Both the position numbers and the translations under genes were made by a program. DNA of 64,000 nt from an uncultured bacterium (GTDB lineage Bacteria; Planctomycetota; UBA1135; GCA-002686595). Within the stretch, counting starts at the first letter, position 1. Every line of letters begins with the position of its first letter. The stretch is from positions 352,001 to 416,000 of the forward strand of contig CALSNU010000006.1 of NCBI GenBank assembly GCA_943787795.1, written 5' to 3'. Shown in pieces: positions 20,443-29,167 of this stretch. The notes under the pieces are model-generated. The model worked only from the letters and a program-made list of their open reading frames with translations, was not told the origin of the DNA and did not search any database.

Positions 20443-21396
20443 TCAGTCGGCGGAGGCCTGTTCGGGAGTGGGCGTCGCGCCCTCGGGAATGGAGACCGCG
20501 CCAAAGGCGGCCTGTGCGTGGTGGCCCGCGAGGGCCGAGCGAGTCGTCTCGAGGAGTCGCCCGCTGGACGACGCCTCCAGGACGCGGAGCCGATCCTGAC
20601 AACCCAGGCGGCCGAGGGCCAGCGCCGCTCCGCAGCTGGAGAGCTCATCGTCCCCCCCCAGCTCAGCATCAAGCGCCACCAGTGCCCGAGGGGTGGGCTC
20701 GCCCCTCAGGCACATCCAGAGCTCGGGGGTGATCGAGCGGCCGGCGGCCCGGCGTTCCTCCACGAGATCCAGGGCCATCCGACCGAGCTCCGCGTCGACC
20801 CGCTGATCAAACCCGGAGACTCGCCAGAGCGGGGCCCCGCTGAAGAGCGCCTTGACGCAGAGCTGCCGCCAACCGACGTCATCCAGGTGAGCCACCGGGA
20901 AGGCGGTGTCACAGCCGTTGGCCTCGAACACGCTCATCATATTGGTCCGGCACCCCTCACCGGCTCGCCACGCGAAGCGCTCCGGGCCTGGCAAGAACTG
21001 CAGGCTGCGATAGAGGGCGCACAGCTCACCCTCATCGGCGAACCGAAACGCCTCCTCGATGGCGCCGGGGAGCGAGTCTGCATCGGCCGCGGCGCGGGCG
21101 AGGACCCAGCGGACCCGCACCGCCTCGAGCCCGGTCCAACGCTCTGGATTCCAGCCCTCGAGCAGCCCGGCAGCGGCCTCGCTGGCCTCCGCGGAGGGCT
21201 CCAGCCGCCCGCGCGGCGCGAAGCGGCTCGCGAGCGAGAGCGTCTGCGCAAAGCTCGCGTCGCTGAGCTCACCGCCGGAGGCCCTGCGGATCTCGGCGTC
21301 CGACCACTCCACAGCCTTGCTGTGCCCGCCTACCACGAGGGCATCGCGGATCCACTGGTCCACGCCCTGGAGGTGCTCAGTCATCGGAGGAGTCAT
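20443..21396 (-). CDS. eboA: EboA domain-containing protein
   Basis: EGCRTNM..VFEA..FP...WRQLCVKALF.G.PL..V.G...R...ELGRM..D...ERRAAGR..PELW pattern. The start could be 21384. Confidence 0.85.
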   Translation of the reverse strand: MTPPMTEHLQGVDQWIRDALVVGGHSKAVEWSDAEIRRASGGELSDASFAQTLSLASRFAPRGRLEPSAEASEAAAGLLEGWNPERWTGLEAVRVRWVLARAAADADSLPGAIEEAFRFADEGELCALYRSLQFLPGPERFAWRAGEGCRTNMMSVFEANGCDTAFPVAHLDDVGWRQLCVKALFSGAPLWRVSGFDQRVDAELGRMALDLVEERRAAGRSITPELWMCLRGEPTPRALVALDAELGGDDELSSCGAALALGRLGCQDRLRVLEASSSGRLLETTRSALAGHHAQAAFGAVSIPEGATPTPEQASAD

Positions 21397-22642
21397 GCTT
21401 GGATGTCGCAGGTCCAGGGACGCCCTCGAGCAGGGAGAGCGCCATGAAGGCCGTGGACGCGTTGATGAGGTACTGGGTGTCGAGGAAGTCGCTGGTGGAG
21501 CCGTTCGCGCGCTGGGTCTTGGTGAGCTGCGGCCGAAGGAGCCCGTGCAGGGGCTCTTGTTCGTCCTCCGGGAGCAGCGAGATCACCTTCGCAGCGTAGT
21601 AGTGCGCGAAGAAGTAGAAGTAGCCCGCGTTGGCGTGGAAGCCCTCATGGGGGATGGGTCGAAGCCGCGCGTGATCCAGGTAGCGATGCTCGCGGAAGAA
21701 CGCGCCGAGGCCCTCGCGGAGAACCTCATCCGTCACTCGCCGATCCCCCATCAGCCGGCGGCACCAGTTGCCGACCTGGGTGCGGCCGAGGCTCCCTTCG
21801 ATCCGGTTGATGTGCTCGACCCCCCCCATCCGAGTCACGGGGTCCAGGTCGTAGCTGTACGCCCCACCGGGGATGACACACATGTCCAGGTACCGCTGCG
21901 CCCGCCGGATCACGTCCTTGGGCACCTCGACGCCGACCGCGCCGGCGCGTGCGAGGGTCGGGAGCACCAGAGCCGTGCAGAAGCTGGTGGCCCATGTGGG
22001 CTGCCTGGTGAACGGCGGGTCGTCGTAGTACGCCCACCCGCCAGAGGTCGCCTGGTGGGACAGGAGCACCCCCACGAAGAAGCGCGCCCGCTCAAGGAGC
22101 CTGGCGTCATCCGAGAAGCGCGGGTCTTCGAGGAGCTCGATGGTGGCCACGGTCCCGTAGAGCGCGGTCCACACGTAGTCGATGTCCCAATCGCTGTCGC
22201 GGGCCGGGAAGGGCGTGGTCACGAGCCACGCCAGCGCGGCGTCCAGCGCTTGTCGCCGCTCCGGGGTCTCCTCCGCCGCGCGCAGCGCCATGCAGGCCAG
22301 GGCCTGGCTCGCCATGCGCCAGGCCTTGAAGGAGTTCAGCGCGTAGCCCTCCTCGAAGAGCTGCGGGGCGTTGTCTCCCCAGGAGCCGTCCGGGTTCTGC
22401 TCCGTCACCAGGTAGCCAATGGCGCGATTGGCGGACACGATCGCCTCCTCACGGGAGAGCGAGCGAGGGACCGCCCGCGGCTCCTGCGCCGCAGTGGCTG
22501 TGCGCTCCTGGGGCGGCGCCGCCGCCGGTTCCTGGACGGCGACCCCGGCAAATCTTGAGGCAACTCCTCCGGCGATGGCGCGCGCCGGCCCAGGCGGGAG
22601 CATCGCCGCCGCGACAGCCAGCATCGAGAGCATCGGAGCCAT
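21377..22642 (-). CDS. Secreted prenyltransferase/squalene-cyclase (QW) repeat alpha/alpha-barrel protein
   Basis: Signal-like N-terminus; QW-like repeats EQNPDGSWG, HQATSGGWAY and TQRANGS; ATG overlaps the upstream stop (TGATG). Confidence 0.75.
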   Translation of the reverse strand: MAPMLSMLAVAAAMLPPGPARAIAGGVASRFAGVAVQEPAAAPPQERTATAAQEPRAVPRSLSREEAIVSANRAIGYLVTEQNPDGSWGDNAPQLFEEGYALNSFKAWRMASQALACMALRAAEETPERRQALDAALAWLVTTPFPARDSDWDIDYVWTALYGTVATIELLEDPRFSDDARLLERARFFVGVLLSHQATSGGWAYYDDPPFTRQPTWATSFCTALVLPTLARAGAVGVEVPKDVIRRAQRYLDMCVIPGGAYSYDLDPVTRMGGVEHINRIEGSLGRTQVGNWCRRLMGDRRVTDEVLREGLGAFFREHRYLDHARLRPIPHEGFHANAGYFYFFAHYYAAKVISLLPEDEQEPLHGLLRPQLTKTQRANGSTSDFLDTQYLINASTAFMALSLLEGVPGPATSKHDSSDD

Positions 22643-23529
22643 CACTGATCGCCTGAGGCCGCAGCGCCCGGAGAGGCTTCGCCATCGGCAGCGCTGCCGG
22701 ATTCCACGGACGGCCCCTCGGCAGCCGCCGCCTCGGCCTTCGCCTTGGCGGCCTTGAGCCGCTTGCGGAGCTGGGCGCGCTCCTTCTCGGCCTTGGACGA
22801 GGCCTTGCGGGCGTCCGCCTCCTCACTCTTCGCCACGCCCACATCCAGGGTGGCGCGGCGCTTGGACTGCTCGGCCTTCGCCTCTGCCGCCGCGAGCTTG
22901 GCCTCAGCCGCTCGGACCGCCTCCGAGAGCTTAGCCATGCGCGCGGGGAGCTCCCCCTCCACGACCATGGCTTGCTTCAGCTGGGCGTGCTCGACCCGCT
23001 GCTTGGCGGTCTGAACCGCGATCTGGTTACGGCGGATGATCTCGTCCTTGGCCCGTGCCTCCGACTCCTCCTCGAAGATCTCGAGGATGCCGAGCAGGTC
23101 CGTCTCGGCGACCCGCAGGCGCTCCTGCGCCTGGCCCACGCTCAGCTCGGCCTCACCCACCTTGACCGGTCGCTCCATGGCGTCGAAGCGGGCCCTGTCC
23201 GCCCGCGCCACCTCCAGACCCACCCGGGCGGCGCGAACCGCCTCATCTGCGCCACGCGCCGTGGCCGCCGCAGCGAGCTCGGCCAGCTCCCGCTCAGCGG
23301 TCTTGAGACGCACCGCCCGCCGCGCCTCGGTGAAGCCCTTGTCCGCAGCCGACGCTCGCTTCTCCAGCTTGGCGAGGCCCGCCTCCGCCGCATTGCGACT
23401 GCCCTGATCGCCGGAGGCACCGGGCTCGGCGGACCCGTCCACCGCCACTTGGGCCGGGGCCGATTCCTGGGGAGGGGCGCTCTGGCAGGCAACGGCGAGC
23501 AGGACGAGAAGTGGCGTCGTACGGATCAT
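22642..23529 (-). CDS. Coiled-coil lipoprotein (HlyD-hairpin-like)
   Basis: MIRTTPLLVLLAVAC lipobox; long Ala/Glu/Lys-rich helical region. Confidence 0.7.
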   Translation of the reverse strand: MIRTTPLLVLLAVACQSAPPQESAPAQVAVDGSAEPGASGDQGSRNAAEAGLAKLEKRASAADKGFTEARRAVRLKTAERELAELAAAATARGADEAVRAARVGLEVARADRARFDAMERPVKVGEAELSVGQAQERLRVAETDLLGILEIFEEESEARAKDEIIRRNQIAVQTAKQRVEHAQLKQAMVVEGELPARMAKLSEAVRAAEAKLAAAEAKAEQSKRRATLDVGVAKSEEADARKASSKAEKERAQLRKRLKAAKAKAEAAAAEGPSVESGSAADGEASPGAAASGDQ

Positions 23530-23731
23530 GGCGTGGAGTCGGTGACGGGGGTGCTGGCCCAAAGGCGCCTCGGAGCGGCGCGCTTGGGAAATCATGATGG
23601 ACCAGCGCATCGACACTGCAACGCGCATTTGGGAGACTCCTGTGCGCTTTTGCCCCCCCCGCGCTGGCGAGCCCTTCCAGCCAAGCCCTCCGACCCCGCC
23701 CCTCTGACCCGGCCCAGCCGGGGAGCCCACG

Positions 23732-25363
23732 ATGACCCACGGCGTCTTCCGAGTCCCCACCCCCGAGAACGAACCGGTCCGCGCCTACGCGCCGGGGTCC
23801 CCCGAGCGGGCCAGCCTCGCCGCCACGGTGGCCTCCATGTCCGCCGAGACCATCGAGATCCCGCTGATCATCGGCGGCAAGGAGGTGCGCACCGGGAACA
23901 CCGTCGATGTGGTCATGCCCCACAAGCACGGGCACGTGATCGCAAAGGCCCACATGGGCGGCGCCGCGGAAGCCCAGCTGGCCATTGACGCCGCGGAGGC
24001 CGCCCGCGGTGCCTGGGCAGGGCTGCCATGGGAAGAGCGCGCCGCGGTGCTGCTCCGCGCCGCCGACCTGCTGGTCGGACCGTGGCGGGACCGGATCAAC
24101 GCCTCGACGATGATCGGACAGTCCAAGACGTGTCACCAGGCGGAAATCGACGCGGCCTGCGAGATGGCGGACTTCTTCCGCTTCAATGCCCAGTACGCCA
24201 CCCAGCTCTACGAGGAGCAGCCGGGCTCGGCCCCCGGCCTCTGGAACCGCCTCGAGCACCGCCCGCTGGACGGATTTGTGCTCGCGATCACCCCGTTCAA
24301 CTTCACCTCGATCGCCGGCAACCTTTGCACCGCGCCGGCGCTCATGGGGAACACCATCCTCTGGAAGCCCTCCACCACGGCGCTCCTGAGCAACTGGTAC
24401 ACCATGAAGCTGCTGGAGGCCGCGGGCATGCCCCCTGGCGTCATCAACTTTGTGCCGGGCAGCGGCCCCGCCATTGGCGGCGTGGCGATCCCCGATCGGC
24501 GCCTCGGCGGGGTCCACTTCACGGGCTCCACCGCCACCTTCCAGCACATCTGGAAGACGGTCGGCGAGAACATCCAGGGCTACGGGCAGTACCCCCGCCT
24601 GGTCGGAGAGACGGGCGGCAAGGACTTCGTCTTCGTGCACCCCACGGCCTGCGGCGCCCGCGAGGTCGCGGTCGCCCTCGCGCGCGGCTCCTTTGAATTC
24701 CAGGGACAGAAGTGCTCGGCTGCGAGCCGTGCCTACGTGCCCAAGAGCATGTGGCCTGCCGTGTCGAAGGAGCTGACCGAGATCGTCGGCGAGATGACGA
24801 TGGGAGACGTCGCGGACTTCACGAACTTCCTCGGCGCCGTCATCGACGCCCGCTCGTTCAACAAGCTCAAGGAGGTCATCGACCGCGCCAACGCGGAGGC
24901 CAACGTGGACGTGATCACCGGCGGCACCTGCGACGATTCCGAGGGCTACTTCGTAAGCCCCACCGTGGCCGTCGTTCAGGACCCCAAGCACGACCTGATG
25001 CGCACCGAGTTCTTCGGGCCGCTGCTCACGATCTACGTCTACGACGACGACCGCGTGGAGGAGACGCTGGAGCTCTGCGCCACGACCTCTCCGTATGCCC
25101 TCACAGGGGCCATCTTCGCCGATGACCGCTACGCGGTGCGGCAGGCCGTGGACGCTCTGCGTTATGCGGCGGGCAACTTCTACATCAACGACAAGCCCAC
25201 GGGCGCCGTCGTCGGCCAGCAGCCCTTCGGCGGCTCGCGTGCGTCGGGCACCAATGACAAGGCCGGCTCCATCCTGAACCTGCTGCGCTGGGTCAGCCCC
25301 CGCACGATCAAGGAGACCTTCGCGCCGCCCACGGACTGGACCTACCCGTTCCTCGGGAACTGA
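23732..25363 (+). CDS. pruA: L-glutamate gamma-semialdehyde (P5C) dehydrogenase
   Basis: NEPVRAYAPGSPER, PFNFT, FTGST, GETGGK, FQGQKCSA and NFYINDKPTGAVVGQQPFGGSRASGTNDKAGS motifs. Confidence 0.95.
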   Translation: MTHGVFRVPTPENEPVRAYAPGSPERASLAATVASMSAETIEIPLIIGGKEVRTGNTVDVVMPHKHGHVIAKAHMGGAAEAQLAIDAAEAARGAWAGLPWEERAAVLLRAADLLVGPWRDRINASTMIGQSKTCHQAEIDAACEMADFFRFNAQYATQLYEEQPGSAPGLWNRLEHRPLDGFVLAITPFNFTSIAGNLCTAPALMGNTILWKPSTTALLSNWYTMKLLEAAGMPPGVINFVPGSGPAIGGVAIPDRRLGGVHFTGSTATFQHIWKTVGENIQGYGQYPRLVGETGGKDFVFVHPTACGAREVAVALARGSFEFQGQKCSAASRAYVPKSMWPAVSKELTEIVGEMTMGDVADFTNFLGAVIDARSFNKLKEVIDRANAEANVDVITGGTCDDSEGYFVSPTVAVVQDPKHDLMRTEFFGPLLTIYVYDDDRVEETLELCATTSPYALTGAIFADDRYAVRQAVDALRYAAGNFYINDKPTGAVVGQQPFGGSRASGTNDKAGSILNLLRWVSPRTIKETFAPPTDWTYPFLGN

Positions 25364-25554
25364 CGCCAGGGCACTCCGCGGCCTTCGCAGCCCGGTCCAC
25401 ACGGGCCAATCCCATGAGCGCGCCCGCCCCTTTCGAGGAGCGGGCGCGCGCTCCATTGGGGCCCCTGGCCAGCTCGGCCGGAGGGAGGGCCTGGATTCGC
25501 GGGGCTCCGACTCCACGCGAGGAGTCCCGGCCAACGACCTCGGCAGGACTCCCA

Positions 25555-25619
25555 GCTGGCCGGGCCCGCTGGCAGGACTCGCTGGCTGGGCTCGCTGGCT
25601 GGGCTTGCTGGCTGGGCTT
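25555..25619. repeat. 13-bp tandem repeat GCTGGCTGGGCT(C/T)-like x5
   Basis: Read directly downstream of pruA. Confidence 0.8.
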
Positions 25620-25781
25620 GATGTTCGGAGCCTCTGGCCAAGCGAACAGGCCGGGCTCGTCAGCCTCCAATCCTGGCCCGCCGGAGCAGCGCCACTGACA
25701 GGACTGGTTGGGATGACTCTCTCGAGCCCCTTTGACAGCGCTCCCTGTTCGCCGAGGTCACCGTTCACTGACTTCACCGTT

Positions 25782-25841
25782 CACTGGGTTCACCGCCACT
25801 GGGTTCACCGCCACTGGGTCCACCGCCACGGGGTCCACCGC
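25782..25841. repeat. 15-bp tandem repeat CACTGGGTTCACCGC-like x4
   Basis: Read directly; this repeat produces the spurious HWVHR repeat in the ORF track. Confidence 0.8.
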
Positions 25842-25888
25842 TTACCGGACCCACCGTCCATTGGCTCCCCGTCCCGGGGGTGGCGCCC

Positions 25889-26695
25889 TCACCCAGGCCG
25901 CCGCGCGATGACGTCGACGATCATCGGCGAGAACAGCAGCGCGTCTGGATTCCGGGCCAGCGCCGCCCACTCCTCGTCAAAGCTCTCGACCTCCTCCTCG
26001 CTCATGAGCCCCGCCTCGGCGTAGGTCCGCACGAAGGTCGGGAAGAAGGCGTCCAGCCAGCGGAACACGGGAGATTCCCCGTTGCCGGCCCGGACGTGGG
26101 GTCGGATCTCCTCGAGCTCGAACCCCGAGCGGCGAAGGGGTCCTGGGAGCCGGGCCGCCACCCAGGGATCCCCGCCTGCGCCGCGATAGAAGGCCCGCGT
26201 GGCCCGGATGGCCGCCTCGAACCCCGCGCTCTCGGGGAAGACCGAGACGCCCTCGTGGTTGTAGTCCTGAATCACGAGCACGCCCCCTGGCTTCAGGGCG
26301 CGCCGCAGCTTGGCGAGCACCGGATCCAGGTCCCCGAGGAAGCTGAACACCCAGCGGCTGAAGATGCAGTCGAAGCGCGCCTCCCCGAGGTCCGCCTCCT
26401 CGATCGTGGACTCGATGAACGTCACGGGCGCCGCGTAGTCGCGGGCCTCGAAGGCGGCCCGCCAGACCGGCGATTCGTCCAGACCGGTGACGTGCCCGGT
26501 GGCCCCGACCCGCGCGGCGAGGTCCCGGGTCACAAAGCCCGGACCAGCCCCCAGGTCGAGCACCATGTCCCCGGGCCCCACCCCGGCGCGATCAAGGGCG
26601 TCGGAGGCCAGGTCGCTCCAGACCCCGTGCTGGGCCTCGAGACGTTGGAGCTCACGGTCATTGGTGCCCAGGAGATACTCGGGGGTTTCGGACAT
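25889..26695 (-). CDS. Class I SAM-dependent methyltransferase
   Basis: YLLG...ELQRLEAQ, VLDLGAGPG (motif I), FDCIFSRWV and LKPGG motifs. Confidence 0.9.
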   Translation of the reverse strand: MSETPEYLLGTNDRELQRLEAQHGVWSDLASDALDRAGVGPGDMVLDLGAGPGFVTRDLAARVGATGHVTGLDESPVWRAAFEARDYAAPVTFIESTIEEADLGEARFDCIFSRWVFSFLGDLDPVLAKLRRALKPGGVLVIQDYNHEGVSVFPESAGFEAAIRATRAFYRGAGGDPWVAARLPGPLRRSGFELEEIRPHVRAGNGESPVFRWLDAFFPTFVRTYAEAGLMSEEEVESFDEEWAALARNPDALLFSPMIVDVIARRPG

Positions 26696-26720
26696 GGCCG
26701 AAGGGTACTATCGCTTCAAC

Positions 26721-27611
26721 GTGGAAGGGCCCCCTCGACCCCAGCAGCCGACGAATCCTCGGCCGACCCCGAGGCTCACCGTGGAGGATCACTCGCGGGA
26801 TGCCGCGGGTCTGACGTACGTCTACCCGGTCATCTCCCGTCGCTCCGGCGGTGTCTCGGTGGGGATCAACCTGAACCCGAACAACGCGTGCAACTGGGCC
26901 TGCGCCTATTGCCAGGTGGAGGGGTTGGTGCGAGGGGCCGCACCGGCCATCGACCTCGAACAGCTGAGCACCGAGCTCGCCGGCTTCCTCGACCTCGCCA
27001 GCACCGACGCCTGGATGGAGGTGCACGCGCCCGACGGGGCCCGCAAGATCACGGACATCGCCATCTCAGGAAACGGAGAGCCCACCACCTGCGACCAGTT
27101 CGCAGAGGTCCTCGAGCGCGTGATCGAGGTCCGCGGCGAGCGAGGGCTCGAGGTCCCGACGGTCCTGATCACCAACGGCTCCCGGGTCCATACGGACGGG
27201 GTCCAGGCCGGTCTGCGCGCCATGGCGAGAGCCCAGGGCCAGGTCTGGTTCAAGCTGGACCGCGTCACCGCAGCAGGGCGCCTGGAGGTCAACCGAATCC
27301 AGGGTGGAGCGGACCGCGCTGCAGATCAGCTCGCGCTCGCGGCATCATGCTGCCCGACCCGCGTCCAGACCTGCATGTTCACCGTCGACGGTCAGCCCCC
27401 GGACGAGGACGAACTGGAAGCCTACCTGGAGTTCCTTCGAGGCCAGGTCCGAGCCGGGACCTCCCTCGAGGGCGTCACGCTCTACGGGCTCGCCCGGCCC
27501 TCGATGCAGCCTGGCGCCGAGCGTCTCGGCCGGGTCGACGCCGCGTGGCTCGAGACCTTCGCTGAGCGTGTCCGTGTGGCGACCGGCCTGCCCGTGGCGG
27601 CCCACCCGTGA
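26721..27611 (+). CDS. Radical SAM protein (COG0731-like), copy 1
   Basis: YVYPVISRRSGGVSVGINLNP, CNWACAYC, SGNGEPT, ITNGS, WFKLD and YGLARPS motifs. Start uncertain (GTG 26721 or ATG 26694). Confidence 0.88.
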   Translation: MEGPPRPQQPTNPRPTPRLTVEDHSRDAAGLTYVYPVISRRSGGVSVGINLNPNNACNWACAYCQVEGLVRGAAPAIDLEQLSTELAGFLDLASTDAWMEVHAPDGARKITDIAISGNGEPTTCDQFAEVLERVIEVRGERGLEVPTVLITNGSRVHTDGVQAGLRAMARAQGQVWFKLDRVTAAGRLEVNRIQGGADRAADQLALAASCCPTRVQTCMFTVDGQPPDEDELEAYLEFLRGQVRAGTSLEGVTLYGLARPSMQPGAERLGRVDAAWLETFAERVRVATGLPVAAHP

Positions 27612-28489
27612 GCGCGCCCCTGGACCCAGGCTCGGAGCGGCGACGGCTCACGGCAGGGGACCACCGCCGGGATGGCGCGCAGCGGAGCATGGTCTACCCG
27701 GTCATGTCGCGGCGCGCCGGAGGGCTCAGCGTCGGGGTGAACCTGAACCTCGGCCAGGAGTGCAACTGGGCCTGCGCCTACTGCGAGGTCGAGGGGCTCG
27801 TCCGCGGCACCCCGTCCGCCATTGACCTGCAGCAACTCGAACGCGAACTGGACGAGGTCCTGAGCGAGGCCGCCTCCGGCCGCTGGACCGTCGAGGCCGA
27901 TGGCGAGCGCGGCGGCGCTGCCATCAAGGACATCTCCATCGCCGGCGACGGAGAACCAACGCTCGCTCCACAGTTCGCAGAAGCGGTGGAGATCTGCGCG
28001 CGGCTGCGGGAGCGCCACGGGCTCGGAGATTCCGCAAAGCTGGTGACCATCACCAACGGGAGCCGCCTCCACGTCCCCGCGGTCGAGGCAGGTGTCCGCG
28101 GCCTCGGCGGCGCCGGAGGCGAGCTCTGGTTCAAGCTCGACGGCGGAGATCCGGCGGCCCGGGAGAGGGTCAACGCCGTCGCCAGCCCCGACAACCGGGT
28201 GGAGGCCAACCTTGTCCTCGCCGCGTCCGCCTGCACCACTTGGGTCCAGTGCATGGCGCTGTCGATGGACGGAGAGGAGCCGAGCGATGACGAGATTGAC
28301 GGCCGCGTTGAGCTCATCGAGAGGGCCTGCGCCGCCGGAGCCCGGCCCGCGGGGGTGGTCATCTACGGGCTCGCCCGGCCATCTCAACAGCCCCAGGCCC
28401 ACCGACTCGAGCCCCTCTCCGGGCCCCGGCTGAGGTCCATCGCCGCCCGCTTCGAGCGCCTGCACCTGCCGCTTCGCGTCTTCGAGTGA
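27608..28489 (+). CDS. Radical SAM protein (COG0731-like), copy 2
   Basis: VYPVMSRRAGGLSVGVNLN, CNWACAYC, AGDGEPT, ITNGS, WFKLD and YGLARPS motifs; GTGA overlap with copy 1. Confidence 0.88.
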   Translation: MSAPLDPGSERRRLTAGDHRRDGAQRSMVYPVMSRRAGGLSVGVNLNLGQECNWACAYCEVEGLVRGTPSAIDLQQLERELDEVLSEAASGRWTVEADGERGGAAIKDISIAGDGEPTLAPQFAEAVEICARLRERHGLGDSAKLVTITNGSRLHVPAVEAGVRGLGGAGGELWFKLDGGDPAARERVNAVASPDNRVEANLVLAASACTTWVQCMALSMDGEEPSDDEIDGRVELIERACAAGARPAGVVIYGLARPSQQPQAHRLEPLSGPRLRSIAARFERLHLPLRVFE

Positions 28490-28503
28490 TTAGGATGGAC
28501 GGC

Positions 28504-29163
28504 ATGACCTCCTCCTCAGAATCCCAGGCGGCGGCGACCCGGCCAGCCACCCCGCCGGCGACCATCGATGAGCTCCGCCGCGCCGTGCGGCGCGGGGACC
28601 TTGAGGTGGCGAGGACGTTGCTGGAGGTCGACCCCTCCCTGGGCCGGGCCGACTCGGCGGGCGGTGGCTCTCTGCTGCTCGAGGCCATCGAACGCGAGCA
28701 CGATGAGGTCGCCGACCTCTTCCTCGGGACTCGCGCGCGCACGGGGGGCGAGGACCTTGACCTCCACGAGGCCTGTGCGCTGGGCCGGCCGGGCGCCGTC
28801 CGCCGCGCCATCACGGATGACGCGCTCGCGGGTGAGACCGCCGGCCCCGCCGGCTTCCTCCCGCTTCACCGAGCCGCCTTCCGTGGCGACGCAGACAGCG
28901 TCATGCTCCTCCTCGAGACCGGCGCCGACGCGAGCGCGAGGTCGGAGAACGCCGCGCGGCTGACCCCGCTCCACAGCGCCGTGGCCGGCCACGGCCGCGC
29001 GCGACCCCAGAGTGAACACGCCGCGGTCATCCGCGCGCTCCTCGCCGGGGGCGCCGACCCGCTGGCGGAGATGGACGGCGGGTGGACCCCGCTCGCCGCG
29101 GCCACGCAAGCCGGCGCCGCGGAGTTGATCGAAGCGCTCGGCGGCGCGCCCGCGGGCGCGTGA
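28504..29163 (+). CDS. Ankyrin repeat protein
   Basis: GFLPLHRAA, LTPLHSAV and GWTPLAAA repeats with LL.TGAD/LLAGGAD. ATG 28495 is an alternative start. Confidence 0.88.
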   Translation: MTSSSESQAAATRPATPPATIDELRRAVRRGDLEVARTLLEVDPSLGRADSAGGGSLLLEAIEREHDEVADLFLGTRARTGGEDLDLHEACALGRPGAVRRAITDDALAGETAGPAGFLPLHRAAFRGDADSVMLLLETGADASARSENAARLTPLHSAVAGHGRARPQSEHAAVIRALLAGGADPLAEMDGGWTPLAAATQAGAAELIEALGGAPAGA

Positions 29164-29167
29164 TGCC

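Noticed and set aside
17709..20672. 987-aa ORF as a single protein
   Set aside because: Its N-terminal part is an Arg-rich alternative frame over eboB; the real gene starts at ATG 19508.
23294..25777. Long antisense ORFs (e.g. 827 aa opposite pruA; others opposite boxC, boxB, ALDH, FN3 and PQQ genes)
   Set aside because: They are shadow ORFs typical of high-GC3 genes, with no motifs, and they fully overlap well-supported genes.
25605..26024. His-rich HWVHR-repeat peptide as a metal-binding protein or RiPP precursor for the radical SAM pair
   Set aside because: It arises from a 15-bp DNA repeat, overlaps the methyltransferase 3' end and has no coding-like bias; the radical SAM proteins show no SPASM or RRE-like extension.
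26721..28489. Radical SAM pair as QueE partners of queD
   Set aside because: The motifs do not resemble QueE, and the genes lie 12 kb from queD.
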